From assembly GCA_043804035.1 (NCBI GenBank), contig JAZDJJ010000169.1, positions 1 through 40,890 on the forward strand: 40,890 bases of DNA. Reading direction: 5' to 3'. This document shows positions 17,569 to 26,168 of this stretch, one piece after another (within the stretch, counting starts at the first letter, position 1; each line of letters begins with the position of its first letter). The translations under genes were made by a program, and so were the position numbers. The notes under the pieces were generated by a model that saw nothing but the letters and a program-made list of their open reading frames with translations, made no database searches and was not told the DNA's origin. This DNA comes from Bacteroidota bacterium. GTDB taxonomy: Bacteria > Bacteroidota > Bacteroidia > Palsa-948.

Positions 17569-18504
17569 ATTGATATCCACTGAATAACTGCCTTTTGTAT
17601 CAGTATTAGTGTTAATTACTATAAAAATGCTGAATTTCTTTTGAATAATAAACTCTTTGTTCGGCGCAATTGACTTTTTTTCGCCATCACCTTTTTTGCC
17701 CGCTCGTAATTCAAGTATCGTTATGCCTGTATTGATGAAAAGTCCTCCTATCAATGCTCCTCTTACTGTTTTTTGCTGACTTGGATTTATCGTAATTGTT
17801 CTCCTCACCGAACCTCTTGGCGAATCATCAACAGTAATTCCGTATTGCCCTAATTTTTTCGGGTTGTTGCTAAAATGTTTGATTAAAAACTGGCAGATTG
17901 CTCTCGTATTTTTTATGGGCTGCTCCATTAAATTGTCGCTGTTTTTTTGTTCTTCTTCCATTCTTTTATTTTCTTTGGAAAAATCTGTGTTTATTTTATT
18001 GGCTTGAACGACATCTTTGTTTAATGTTTCCAAATCAATATTATTTTCTATCAAAAAATTATACAGCGGACTATCTTTTCCTAAAAACGATTTGTGTTTG
18101 TTGTAAAAAATAACAAATAATTTAAAAAGCGAATCAAAGTTGGTGGGATAAACAATACGGTTTTTGTTATCTATTGTCAATCCCCAGTCGCCAAGTTTGC
18201 GCACATTGTTTTTGTAAAACGCTTTGAGAAACTGTGCTCCTTTTTTGAAAATAAAAATTGCGGGTTTAAAAAAATTGTTGCGGTCTTTTCGCAATTCTTC
18301 AGCTTTGTCGCCAGCGATTTTGCGTTTGTCGTGGCGGTCAACGGATTCTAATAAAAATTTGTTATCGGCTGCTAAATTAATTTTTCCTTCGTTAAGAAAA
18401 ATCATTAGTACCGAATTGGTGCCATCGGCATCATGTTTTGTTTTAATGCCGTCATGCAGTTTTTTCCAACCCGCTGCTGTACCGGGAGAAATGATTCGTG
18501 CCAT
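17563..18504 (-). CDS. Uncharacterised protein (313 aa): two tandem copies of a ~112-aa helical domain plus a beta-rich C-terminal domain
   Basis: ATG at 18504 (MARIISP). Repeat 1 RIISP..KL..KH..G.NSVL..FL...QFL..FYKNNVRKLGDWGLTID aligns with repeat 2 RIVYP..KL..KH..GKDSPL..FL...QFL..HFSNNPKKLGQYGITVD. The track start (TTG, 18570) only adds repeat-encoded residues. Confidence 0.85.
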   Translation of the reverse strand: MARIISPGTAAGWKKLHDGIKTKHDADGTNSVLMIFLNEGKINLAADNKFLLESVDRHDKRKIAGDKAEELRKDRNNFFKPAIFIFKKGAQFLKAFYKNNVRKLGDWGLTIDNKNRIVYPTNFDSLFKLFVIFYNKHKSFLGKDSPLYNFLIENNIDLETLNKDVVQANKINTDFSKENKRMEEEQKNSDNLMEQPIKNTRAICQFLIKHFSNNPKKLGQYGITVDDSPRGSVRRTITINPSQQKTVRGALIGGLFINTGITILELRAGKKGDGEKKSIAPNKEFIIQKKFSIFIVINTNTDTKGSYSVDINR

Positions 18505-18517
18505 ATAAATTAAATTT

Positions 18518-18578
18518 AAAATTTTTACAAACTTACATAAAATTTTTACAAACTTACATAAAATTTTCAATCACACAT
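18518..18578. repeat. 21-bp tandem repeat, 2 perfect units plus 1 degenerate unit
   Basis: AAAATTTTTACAAACTTACAT at 18518 and 18539; AAAATTTTCAATCACACAT at 18560. Confidence 0.85.
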
Positions 18579-18617
18579 AAAATAGGATCAAAATCAAAAA
18601 GGATTTTTAGAAGAAAT

Positions 18618-19841
18618 TTATTCTTTCGGATAATACAAAAAATATTTTTTAACGGTTTTTTGCAAAATGGAAATATAAGCACGGTCGGAGGCATCGGTAA
18701 TATCGGCAAGAGTGCCATCCTTAAAAAGTATGTTGATGCGAATTTTGTCGGGGCAATAAGCATCGTTCTCTACCATGTGAGAGAAAACAAAATAATCTAC
18801 TTCTGATTCTTTTAGTTTATATTTCTGCCGGATTTTTTCTTTCCACATATTCACGGCTTCGTCTGTAAAGGGTTCATCCCGAATTTCTACTTTGTAAAGT
18901 TTTCGGTTTACTAAATTTTTACAAAGCGTAGAAAGAATAAAGTCGCTGCAATTCATCCACACTTTTACAGAGGTAAAAATATCGTAGTCATCAAGTTGAG
19001 CGAATGCATCTAAAAGTTCAGGGTTTTGTGAAAATGCTTTTTTATCATATTTATTATAAAGAAAAATTTGCAGTGCAGGAGTACAAAAAAGTTTTTCGCC
19101 TTTGCTTGCCAATTCCTTTGCTCGCTTCAGAATATTTACTAAAAGATATCCTGCACTCAAAACAGTTTTGTGCAGATACACCTGCCAGTACATCAATCTT
19201 CGGGCAATAATAAAATTTTCTATGGAATACATTCCTTTTCCTTCTATTACTAATTCATCATTCACAACATTCAACATTTTAATAATTCTCTCTGAATTGA
19301 TTACGCCTTCAGAAACGCCAGTAAAAAAACTATCGCGATTGAGATAATCTAATCTGTCCATATCCAATTGGCTGGAAATGAGTTGGTGTAAAAATTTTTT
19401 TCTGTAAATGCCGCTGAAAAATTTCATAGCAAGAGAAATTTTTCCTTTAAAATGTTTGTTCAGACGCGCTAAGAATAGTTCCGAAATATCTTCGTGTGAA
19501 ATATCATGCACAATGCTGTTTTCCAATGCATGAGAAAAAGGACCATGACCAATGTCGTGTAGCAAAACAGCAATTGCAACACCTTGCGATTCTTCTTTGG
19601 AAATTTTTATCCCCTTAGATTGCAGCACTTCAATTGCCCGAACGACGAGATGCATTGCACCCATCGCATGCTGAAATCGTGTGTGCATAGCACCCGGATA
19701 AACAAGATTCGTCAGCCCTAATTGTTTTATCCTCCACAGCCGCTGGAAATATGGATGATTGATGATTTGATAAGTAAGAAAATCCGGAACTGCAATAAAT
19801 CCATAAATAGGATCGCTGAAGATGATTTGTTTTTTTGCCAT
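18618..19841 (-). CDS. HD-domain phosphohydrolase (dNTP triphosphohydrolase-like family)
   Basis: DPIYG, FQRLWRIKQLG, HTRFQH, LLHDIGHGPFSH, DMDRLDYLNRD, MYWQVYLHKT. Confidence 0.92.
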   Translation of the reverse strand: MAKKQIIFSDPIYGFIAVPDFLTYQIINHPYFQRLWRIKQLGLTNLVYPGAMHTRFQHAMGAMHLVVRAIEVLQSKGIKISKEESQGVAIAVLLHDIGHGPFSHALENSIVHDISHEDISELFLARLNKHFKGKISLAMKFFSGIYRKKFLHQLISSQLDMDRLDYLNRDSFFTGVSEGVINSERIIKMLNVVNDELVIEGKGMYSIENFIIARRLMYWQVYLHKTVLSAGYLLVNILKRAKELASKGEKLFCTPALQIFLYNKYDKKAFSQNPELLDAFAQLDDYDIFTSVKVWMNCSDFILSTLCKNLVNRKLYKVEIRDEPFTDEAVNMWKEKIRQKYKLKESEVDYFVFSHMVENDAYCPDKIRINILFKDGTLADITDASDRAYISILQKTVKKYFLYYPKE

Positions 19842-19878
19842 TACTTATACAAATTATTTCTGATTGTTCAGATTAGGA

Positions 19879-19997
19879 CAAAGTTATAAACATCGGGTAA
19901 ATTGTATTTTATTGAAAGAATTGTATCTACTCACCACAGGTTTTTTTTGTATTATTTCTTTTGCCGCTGAGTAGTTACAAAATTTTATGTAGGTTTG
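19879..19997. promoter_or_regulatory. Divergent Bacteroidota -7 promoter boxes for the HD gene (-) and lon (+)
   Basis: TAACTTTG on the - strand at 19879-19886 and TAGGTTTG on the + strand at 19990-19997. Confidence 0.6.
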
Positions 19998-20065
19998 CAC
20001 GTGCTTCGTGATGCATAAAATTGCACTAAATTTTCACAGATTATAAAACAAGCATAAATAATTAT

Positions 20066-22507
20066 ATGTTCAATCTTTTTGAATCCCAAGATTTTGATCT
20101 CTCATCCCTTGAAAACGATACGGAACTTATTCCACTGCTCAGCATAGAAGATGAGGAGCAAATGAATACAGAAAAATTTCCTGACGAACTGCCGATTCTT
20201 CCATTGAGAAACACTGTTCTTTTTCCCGGAGTTGTAATTCCAATAACTGTTGGCAGAGACAAATCAATACGTCTTATTAAAGATGCTTACAAGGGAAAGC
20301 GATACATTGGCGTTGTATCACAAAAGAATGATAAGACAGAAGACCCATCTATTGAAGAATTAAATAAGATAGGTACTATCGCACACATGATAAAAATGTT
20401 ACGTATGCCGGATGGAAACACCACTGTAATTATTCAAGGTAGAAAAAGATTTGAGATAAAAGAATTAGTGCAAACCGAGCCATACATTTGTGCAAAAATT
20501 GCTGAGTTTTCGGAAATCAAACCTAATAAAGATGATAAAGAATTTCAAGCGATTGTTACTTCGCTCAAAGAAATTTCGCAGCAGATTATTAAAAACTCTT
20601 CGCACATCCCTTCTGAAGCATTCATTGCTATACAAAATATAGAAAGCGCATCATTTTTGATCAATTTCATTTCGTCTAATGTAGATATTTCTGTTTCTGA
20701 AAAGCAAAAAATGTTAGAAATAGTCAACCTGAAAGAACGTTCTGCTTTGCTGCTCATACATCTCACAAAAGAATTACAGATGCTGGAATTAAAAAATCAA
20801 ATTCAGTCGAAAGCAAAAGTAGATATGGACAAACAACAACGTGAATATTTTCTACACCAACAGATAAAAACTATTCAGGAAGAACTTGGAGGAAATTCTT
20901 ATGAACAACATACTGAAGAACTAAAAAAGAAAATGAAAGATAAGAAATGGAGCAAAGAAGTTTTAGATATGTTCACAAAAGAATTAAAAAAATTTGAACG
21001 GATGCATCCAAATTCTGCTGAGTATTCTGTACAAAATAATTATCTGGAAATATTACTTGACTTGCCCTGGAACCAATTTACAAAAGATAAATTTAATTTG
21101 AATCATGCAAAGAAAATTTTGGATGCAGATCATTACGGAATGGAAAAGATAAAAGACAGAATCATAGAACACCTTGCTGTTCTGAAATTGAAGAAGAATA
21201 TGAAGTCGCCAATACTTTGCCTTGTGGGACCTCCAGGTGTAGGGAAAACTTCTTTAGGAAAATCTGTTGCTAAAGCATTAGATAGAAAATATTTTCGTAT
21301 GTCGCTTGGCGGATTGAAAGATGAAGCAGAAATACGCGGACACAGAAGAACATATATTGGCGCAATGCCGGGAAGAATTTTACAGGGAATCATCAAAGCC
21401 AAAACATCCAATCCGGTTTTCATGCTGGATGAAATTGATAAAGTAGGTAATGACTGGCACGGTGATCCTTCCTCTGCCCTGTTAGAAGTTCTGGATCCTG
21501 AGCAGAACAATTCATTTCACGACAACTTTGTGGATATGGATTACGACCTTTCTAATGTAATGTTCATCTCTACTGCCAACACGCTTTCCACAGTTCAGCC
21601 CGCATTACGCGACAGGATGGAAGTTATTGAGATGACCGGCTATTCAGTAGAAGAAAAAATTGAAATTGCAAAACGATATTTAATTCCAAAGCAATTAGAA
21701 GAAAACGGCATCAGAAAAAAAATCTCCATAGAAGAAAAAGTGCTGGAAAAAATAATAGAAAACTATACACGCGAATCAGGAGTACGGGAATTGGAAAAGA
21801 AAATTGCAAAAGTATGCCGACATATTGCTAAAAATATTGCAATGAATAAAAAAATTCCATCCTTAATCAGTGAAAATAATCTCATAACTATTCTCGGTCC
21901 CGCACATCCGAAAGACAGATACCGGGATGCAGGTGTACCAGGAGTTGTAATAGGATTAGCATGGACACCTACAGGAGGAGATATTCTTTTTATAGAATCC
22001 AGTTTGAGTAAAGGAAAAGGACGACTCACACTTACCGGAAATCTTGGAGCTGTGATGAAAGAATCTGCCACGATTGCTTTGGAATATTTAAAAACACACA
22101 GCGATGATCTCGGAATTTCTTATGAAGTATTTGCAAACACAAATATTCATATTCATATACCGGAAGGAGCAACACCAAAAGACGGACCCTCAGCAGGTAT
22201 TGCTATGCTTACTGCTATTACTTCGGCATTCCTGAAAAAGAAAACAAAACCATTTCTTGCTATGACAGGCGAAATAACCTTGCGTGGAAGAGTGCTTGCC
22301 GTAGGTGGTATCAAAGAAAAAATTCTTGCCGCCAAACGTGCTGACATTAAAGAAATAATCCTTCCGGAAGAAATACGAAAAGATGTAGAAGAAATAAATA
22401 AAGATTATCTGAAAGAACTCACTTTGCATTATGTAGATAATATGATGGATGTGCTGAATATTGCTTTCTCGGGAATTGCTAAAAAAAAATGCATTGCAGA
22501 AACATAA
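20066..22507 (+). CDS. lon: ATP-dependent Lon protease
   Basis: LPILPLRNTVLFPG N-domain; Walker A GPPGVGKT; Walker B LDEIDK; catalytic PKDGPSAG; AMTGEITLRG; GGIKEK. Confidence 0.98.
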   Translation: MFNLFESQDFDLSSLENDTELIPLLSIEDEEQMNTEKFPDELPILPLRNTVLFPGVVIPITVGRDKSIRLIKDAYKGKRYIGVVSQKNDKTEDPSIEELNKIGTIAHMIKMLRMPDGNTTVIIQGRKRFEIKELVQTEPYICAKIAEFSEIKPNKDDKEFQAIVTSLKEISQQIIKNSSHIPSEAFIAIQNIESASFLINFISSNVDISVSEKQKMLEIVNLKERSALLLIHLTKELQMLELKNQIQSKAKVDMDKQQREYFLHQQIKTIQEELGGNSYEQHTEELKKKMKDKKWSKEVLDMFTKELKKFERMHPNSAEYSVQNNYLEILLDLPWNQFTKDKFNLNHAKKILDADHYGMEKIKDRIIEHLAVLKLKKNMKSPILCLVGPPGVGKTSLGKSVAKALDRKYFRMSLGGLKDEAEIRGHRRTYIGAMPGRILQGIIKAKTSNPVFMLDEIDKVGNDWHGDPSSALLEVLDPEQNNSFHDNFVDMDYDLSNVMFISTANTLSTVQPALRDRMEVIEMTGYSVEEKIEIAKRYLIPKQLEENGIRKKISIEEKVLEKIIENYTRESGVRELEKKIAKVCRHIAKNIAMNKKIPSLISENNLITILGPAHPKDRYRDAGVPGVVIGLAWTPTGGDILFIESSLSKGKGRLTLTGNLGAVMKESATIALEYLKTHSDDLGISYEVFANTNIHIHIPEGATPKDGPSAGIAMLTAITSAFLKKKTKPFLAMTGEITLRGRVLAVGGIKEKILAAKRADIKEIILPEEIRKDVEEINKDYLKELTLHYVDNMMDVLNIAFSGIAKKKCIAET

Positions 22508-22555
22508 TGTCTGGGTCCAAGTAATCCACTTTACAAGGAAAGAAAGTCGTGTTTT

Positions 22556-23446
22556 ATGACCATAGAAAAGAAAAAGAAAAGTTTTTTCTCTCGCCTGCGT
22601 GTTCGCTATCGGCTGGTGATTATGAACGATGATACTTTTGAAGAGAAGGCATCACTGAAACTCACTCCTCTTAATGTTTTTGTCGCAGTGGGACTTTTTT
22701 CTATAGTGATGATTACTTTCACCATTAGTTTAATTGCTTTTACTTCTCTGCGTGAATTTATTCCCGGTTATGGCTCACAGATGAATACGCGCAAGGAACT
22801 TATCAAACTCGCCATAAAATTAGATTCTATTCAATATGAACTTGCTCTGCGTACAAACGCATTTGATAATATCAAAAATGTAGTCAGCGGAAATGTAGGA
22901 AATGATTCCATTACCAAAAATGCTATGAATAAAATGAAGAGTGACAGCGGGAAGACAAAAAATAATCTTCCTCTTGCACCTTCAAAAAAGGATTCTGTTT
23001 TCCGCATGCAAATGGAGTCGCAGGATAAATATTCGTTGGCATTCAACGAAAGAAAAAACACAAAAGATAATATCAGCAGTTTCTTTTTCTTTACACCTGT
23101 GAAAGGAACAATTACCGCTTCGTTCAATACATCGGAAGAACATTACGGAACTGACATTGCAGCAAAAAATAACGAACCCATTAAAGCCACACTTGACGGT
23201 ACTGTGCTATTTGCCGGATGGACTCCTGAAACGGGATATACCATTCAAATACAACATTCAAATAATCTGGTGTCGGCTTACAAACATAATTCGGTGTTGT
23301 TGAAAAAAGTGGGACAGTATGTAAAAGCAGGCGAAGCAATTGCTGTTATCGGAAATTCGGGCGAACAAACTAATGGATCTCATCTGCACTTTGAACTCTG
23401 GTATAACGGAAAAGCAATTGACCCGCAGGAATATATGGTGTTTTGA
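22556..23446 (+). CDS. M23 family peptidase with N-terminal TM helix and coiled coil
   Basis: HYGTDI (HxxxD), YKHN, HLHFELW (HxH), DPQEY. Confidence 0.92.
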   Translation: MTIEKKKKSFFSRLRVRYRLVIMNDDTFEEKASLKLTPLNVFVAVGLFSIVMITFTISLIAFTSLREFIPGYGSQMNTRKELIKLAIKLDSIQYELALRTNAFDNIKNVVSGNVGNDSITKNAMNKMKSDSGKTKNNLPLAPSKKDSVFRMQMESQDKYSLAFNERKNTKDNISSFFFFTPVKGTITASFNTSEEHYGTDIAAKNNEPIKATLDGTVLFAGWTPETGYTIQIQHSNNLVSAYKHNSVLLKKVGQYVKAGEAIAVIGNSGEQTNGSHLHFELWYNGKAIDPQEYMVF

Positions 23447-23460
23447 GAAGATTAATTATC

Positions 23461-23698
23461 TCATTAGTTCGTCATGGCGGGCTTGACCCTCCATCATTAG
23501 TTCGTCATGGCGGACTTGACCCTCCATCATTAGTTCGTCATGGCGGGCTTTGACCCTCCATCATTAGTTCGTCATGGCGGGCTTTGACCCTCCATCATTA
23601 GTTCGTCATGGCGGGCTTTGACCCGCCATCATTAGTTCGTCATGGCGGGCTTTGACCCGCCATCATTAGTTCGTCATGGCGGGCTTTGACCCGCCATC
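23461..23698. repeat. Tandem array of 7 REP-like hairpin units (33-34 bp), no spacers
   Basis: TCATTAGTTCGTCATGGCGGGCT(T)TGACCC(T/G)CCA x7, starting at 23461, 23494, 23527, 23561, 23595, 23629, 23663. Confidence 0.95.
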
Positions 23699-23844
23699 TA
23701 TAAATCCTTTTTTATTTTTATCCTGTTCTCGTATTGAGATTGTCGAAATATTGGTATTTGAACTTGGCAATTGAGCTTGCCGAAATTTGCCGAAAATATG
23801 TATAATTAAAATTTTATATACGTTTGTAATCAATTATAAAAAGT

Positions 23845-23852
23845 TACATTTG
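23845..23852 (+). promoter_or_regulatory. Bacteroidota -7 promoter box for murA
   Basis: TACATTTG, 25 bp before the ATG. Confidence 0.6.
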
Positions 23853-23877
23853 CTATTTAATTCAATTCATAAAAAAC

Positions 23878-25251
23878 ATGAGCACTTTTGAAATAACAGG
23901 CGGAAAAAAATTAAAAGGAGAAATAATTCCTCAAGGCGCCAAAAATGAAGCATTGCAAATCATTTGTGCAGTACTTCTCACTCCTGAAAAAGTTACTATC
24001 AGTAATATTCCGGATATTATTGATGTAAACAGGTTAATAGATTTACTTTGCGATCTCGGAGTAAAAGTAAAACTATCTCCAACTATTCCAAAAGATAAAG
24101 AAGATTTAAAAGTTTCGCCAAGCGAAAATGATTTAAATGGAGCTACATATATTTTTCAGGCAGATGATATAAATGTTGATTACTTACTCACTCCTGAATA
24201 CAAAAACAAAGCTGCTTCAATCAGAGGGTCAATCATGATATTGGGTCCTCTGCTTGCCCGGTTTGGCAAAGGATATATTCCAAAACCCGGTGGAGATAAA
24301 ATCGGCAGAAGACGACTTGATACGCACTTTATCGGCTTTCAGAAACTTGGAGCAAAATTTGAATATGATGAAAAAGAAAATATTTATAAAGTTGATTCAA
24401 GTCAGTTGAAAGGATCTTATATGCTTTTGGATGAAGCATCAGTAACAGGAACTGCAAACATTATCATGGCGGCTGTGCTGGCAAAAGGAACGACAACAAT
24501 TTATCATGCTGCCTGCGAACCATATATTCAGCAATTGTGTAAAATGCTTGTATCTATGGGAGCAAAAATTTCAGGCATCGGTTCAAACTTACTTTCTATT
24601 GAAGGAGTTTCTGCTCTCGGTGGATGTAAGCACCGACTACTCTCCGATATGATTGAAGTGGGAAGTTTCATCGGCTTGGCTGCCATGACACAATCTGAGA
24701 TAACAATAAAAAATGTATGTTATGAACAACTCGGAATTATTCCCGAAACATTTTCAAATCTTGGTATTCAGATGGAACGTAAAGGCGATGATATTTTTAT
24801 TCCTTCGCAAAAAAATTATGAAATAGATACTTACATTGACGGCTCTATACTCACTATTGCTGATGCTATTTGGCCGGGATTAACTCCCGACATATTGAGT
24901 GTTATATTAGTTACTGCTACCCAGTCAAAAGGTACTGCACTCATTCATCAGAAAATGTTTGAGAGCCGATTATTCTTTGTTGATAAACTTATTGATATGG
25001 GAGCACAAATAATTTTATGCGACCCGCATCGCGCAACTATCATCGGGCTAAACAGAGAACGTCCTCTCAGAGGAATTCGTATGACTTCACCTGACATTCG
25101 CGCAGGCATGGCGCTTCTCATTGCAGCAATGTCGGCAGAAGGAAAAAGTGTTATCAATAATATTGAACAGATTGACAGAGGTTATCAAAATATAGACAAA
25201 CGGCTGAATAAAATAGGAGCGGAGATTGTAAGAACGAATAAAGAGGAATGA
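23878..25251 (+). CDS. murA: UDP-N-acetylglucosamine 1-carboxyvinyltransferase
   Basis: GAKNEAL, RGSI..LGPLLARFG, PGGDKIGRR, SVTGTANI, WPGLTPD, PDIRAG, IDRGY. Confidence 0.97.
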   Translation: MSTFEITGGKKLKGEIIPQGAKNEALQIICAVLLTPEKVTISNIPDIIDVNRLIDLLCDLGVKVKLSPTIPKDKEDLKVSPSENDLNGATYIFQADDINVDYLLTPEYKNKAASIRGSIMILGPLLARFGKGYIPKPGGDKIGRRRLDTHFIGFQKLGAKFEYDEKENIYKVDSSQLKGSYMLLDEASVTGTANIIMAAVLAKGTTTIYHAACEPYIQQLCKMLVSMGAKISGIGSNLLSIEGVSALGGCKHRLLSDMIEVGSFIGLAAMTQSEITIKNVCYEQLGIIPETFSNLGIQMERKGDDIFIPSQKNYEIDTYIDGSILTIADAIWPGLTPDILSVILVTATQSKGTALIHQKMFESRLFFVDKLIDMGAQIILCDPHRATIIGLNRERPLRGIRMTSPDIRAGMALLIAAMSAEGKSVINNIEQIDRGYQNIDKRLNKIGAEIVRTNKEE

Positions 25252-25253
25252 TT
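25208..25253 (+). repeat. Direct repeat copy 1 (murA 3' end)
   Basis: ATAAAATAGGAGCGGAGATTGTAAGAACGAATAAAGAGGAATGATT; 42/46 identical to 26043-26088. Confidence 0.9.
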
Positions 25254-25358
25254 GTAGGAAAATAAAAATAAATCGGCAAATTTTAATTTTTTTGATTTTT
25301 ATTCGTCTGTATGTAGTTCAAAAACTTAATGTATATTCGTACCCTAAAAAATAAGATT

Positions 25359-25571
25359 ATGCAACAACTTATTATAAATATTACAAATGAGAACAAAGCT
25401 CGGTCACTGATTAACTTTTTGAAACAATTAGATTTTATTCATATAGAAAAAGTTAATACCGAAAAACAGATTTTGGATTTCCAAAGAGAAATCACTGAAT
25501 CACTTAAAGATTTAAAAGAACATAAGGTAACGTCTTGGAAAAACAAAAAGTTGACCCTAAAACATGCTTAA
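25359..25571 (+). CDS. Putative type II antitoxin (70 aa)
   Basis: Small gene overlapping a downstream RelE-like toxin by 8 bp; beta-alpha N-terminus (LIINI...LINFLKQLDFI). ATG at 25359 follows a TATATTCG promoter-like box. Confidence 0.7.
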   Translation: MQQLIINITNENKARSLINFLKQLDFIHIEKVNTEKQILDFQREITESLKDLKEHKVTSWKNKKLTLKHA

Positions 25572-25893
25572 ACTCAAAGTTGTCAAGACAGATTATTTCT
25601 ACAAACTTGTAAAAAATCTTACAAAGAAATACAGGAATATAGAAAACGATATTGATGATTTTCTTGATAACATTGACGATTTAAAAGATTTGGGTATACC
25701 TTTAGGTCATAATATTTACAAAGCAAGAATTAAAAATACCGATAACAACAAAGGAAAAAGCGGAGGTTACAGATTGATAACTTATTTACAATTGAAAGAA
25801 AATGAACTGACATTGATATACATCTACTCAAAAAGCGAATTAGAAAATATCAGCGAATCAGTATTAGATAATATTATTATTAATACAATATGA
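25564..25893 (+). CDS. RelE/HigB-superfamily type II toxin
   Basis: 109 aa with KNLTKKY, GIPLGHNIYKARI, KGKSGGYRLITY, LIYIYSKSELENI. Confidence 0.88.
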   Translation: MLKLKVVKTDYFYKLVKNLTKKYRNIENDIDDFLDNIDDLKDLGIPLGHNIYKARIKNTDNNKGKSGGYRLITYLQLKENELTLIYIYSKSELENISESVLDNIIINTI

Positions 25894-26042
25894 AAAAGAA
25901 AATCTGAACCTGACAAAAACCGATAAAGCAATTCCCACGCCAACTCCGCCAATAGCATAGAAACTTTAGTTTGCCCTAATGTAAATTCCCTTTTCTTCCC
26001 GTCACATTGGTCCGAACGAAAAAGAGTTACAAAGCATGCTTC

Positions 26043-26088
26043 ATAAAATTGGAGATGAGATTGTAAGAACGAATAAAGAGTAATGATT
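26043..26088 (+). repeat. Direct repeat copy 2 (displaced murA 3' end)
   Basis: ATAAAATTGGAGATGAGATTGTAAGAACGAATAAAGAGTAATGATT; shares a 24-bp perfect core with copy 1. Confidence 0.9.
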
Positions 26089-26168
26089 TTTAGAGGGCAC
26101 CTTAAAAACAAAATAAAAATCAAAGCATAAATTTGTCAACGAAATTCCTGTTTCTTCTGCATCGTTTT

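Noticed and set aside
23461-23698. CRISPR array
   Set aside because: Units are contiguous with identical linkers; there are no unique spacers and no cas genes in the window.
25824-26123. 99-aa minus-strand ORF as a third islet gene
   Set aside because: It overlaps the toxin and the direct repeat and has no recognisable motif. It could be a fragment, but I cannot support a call.
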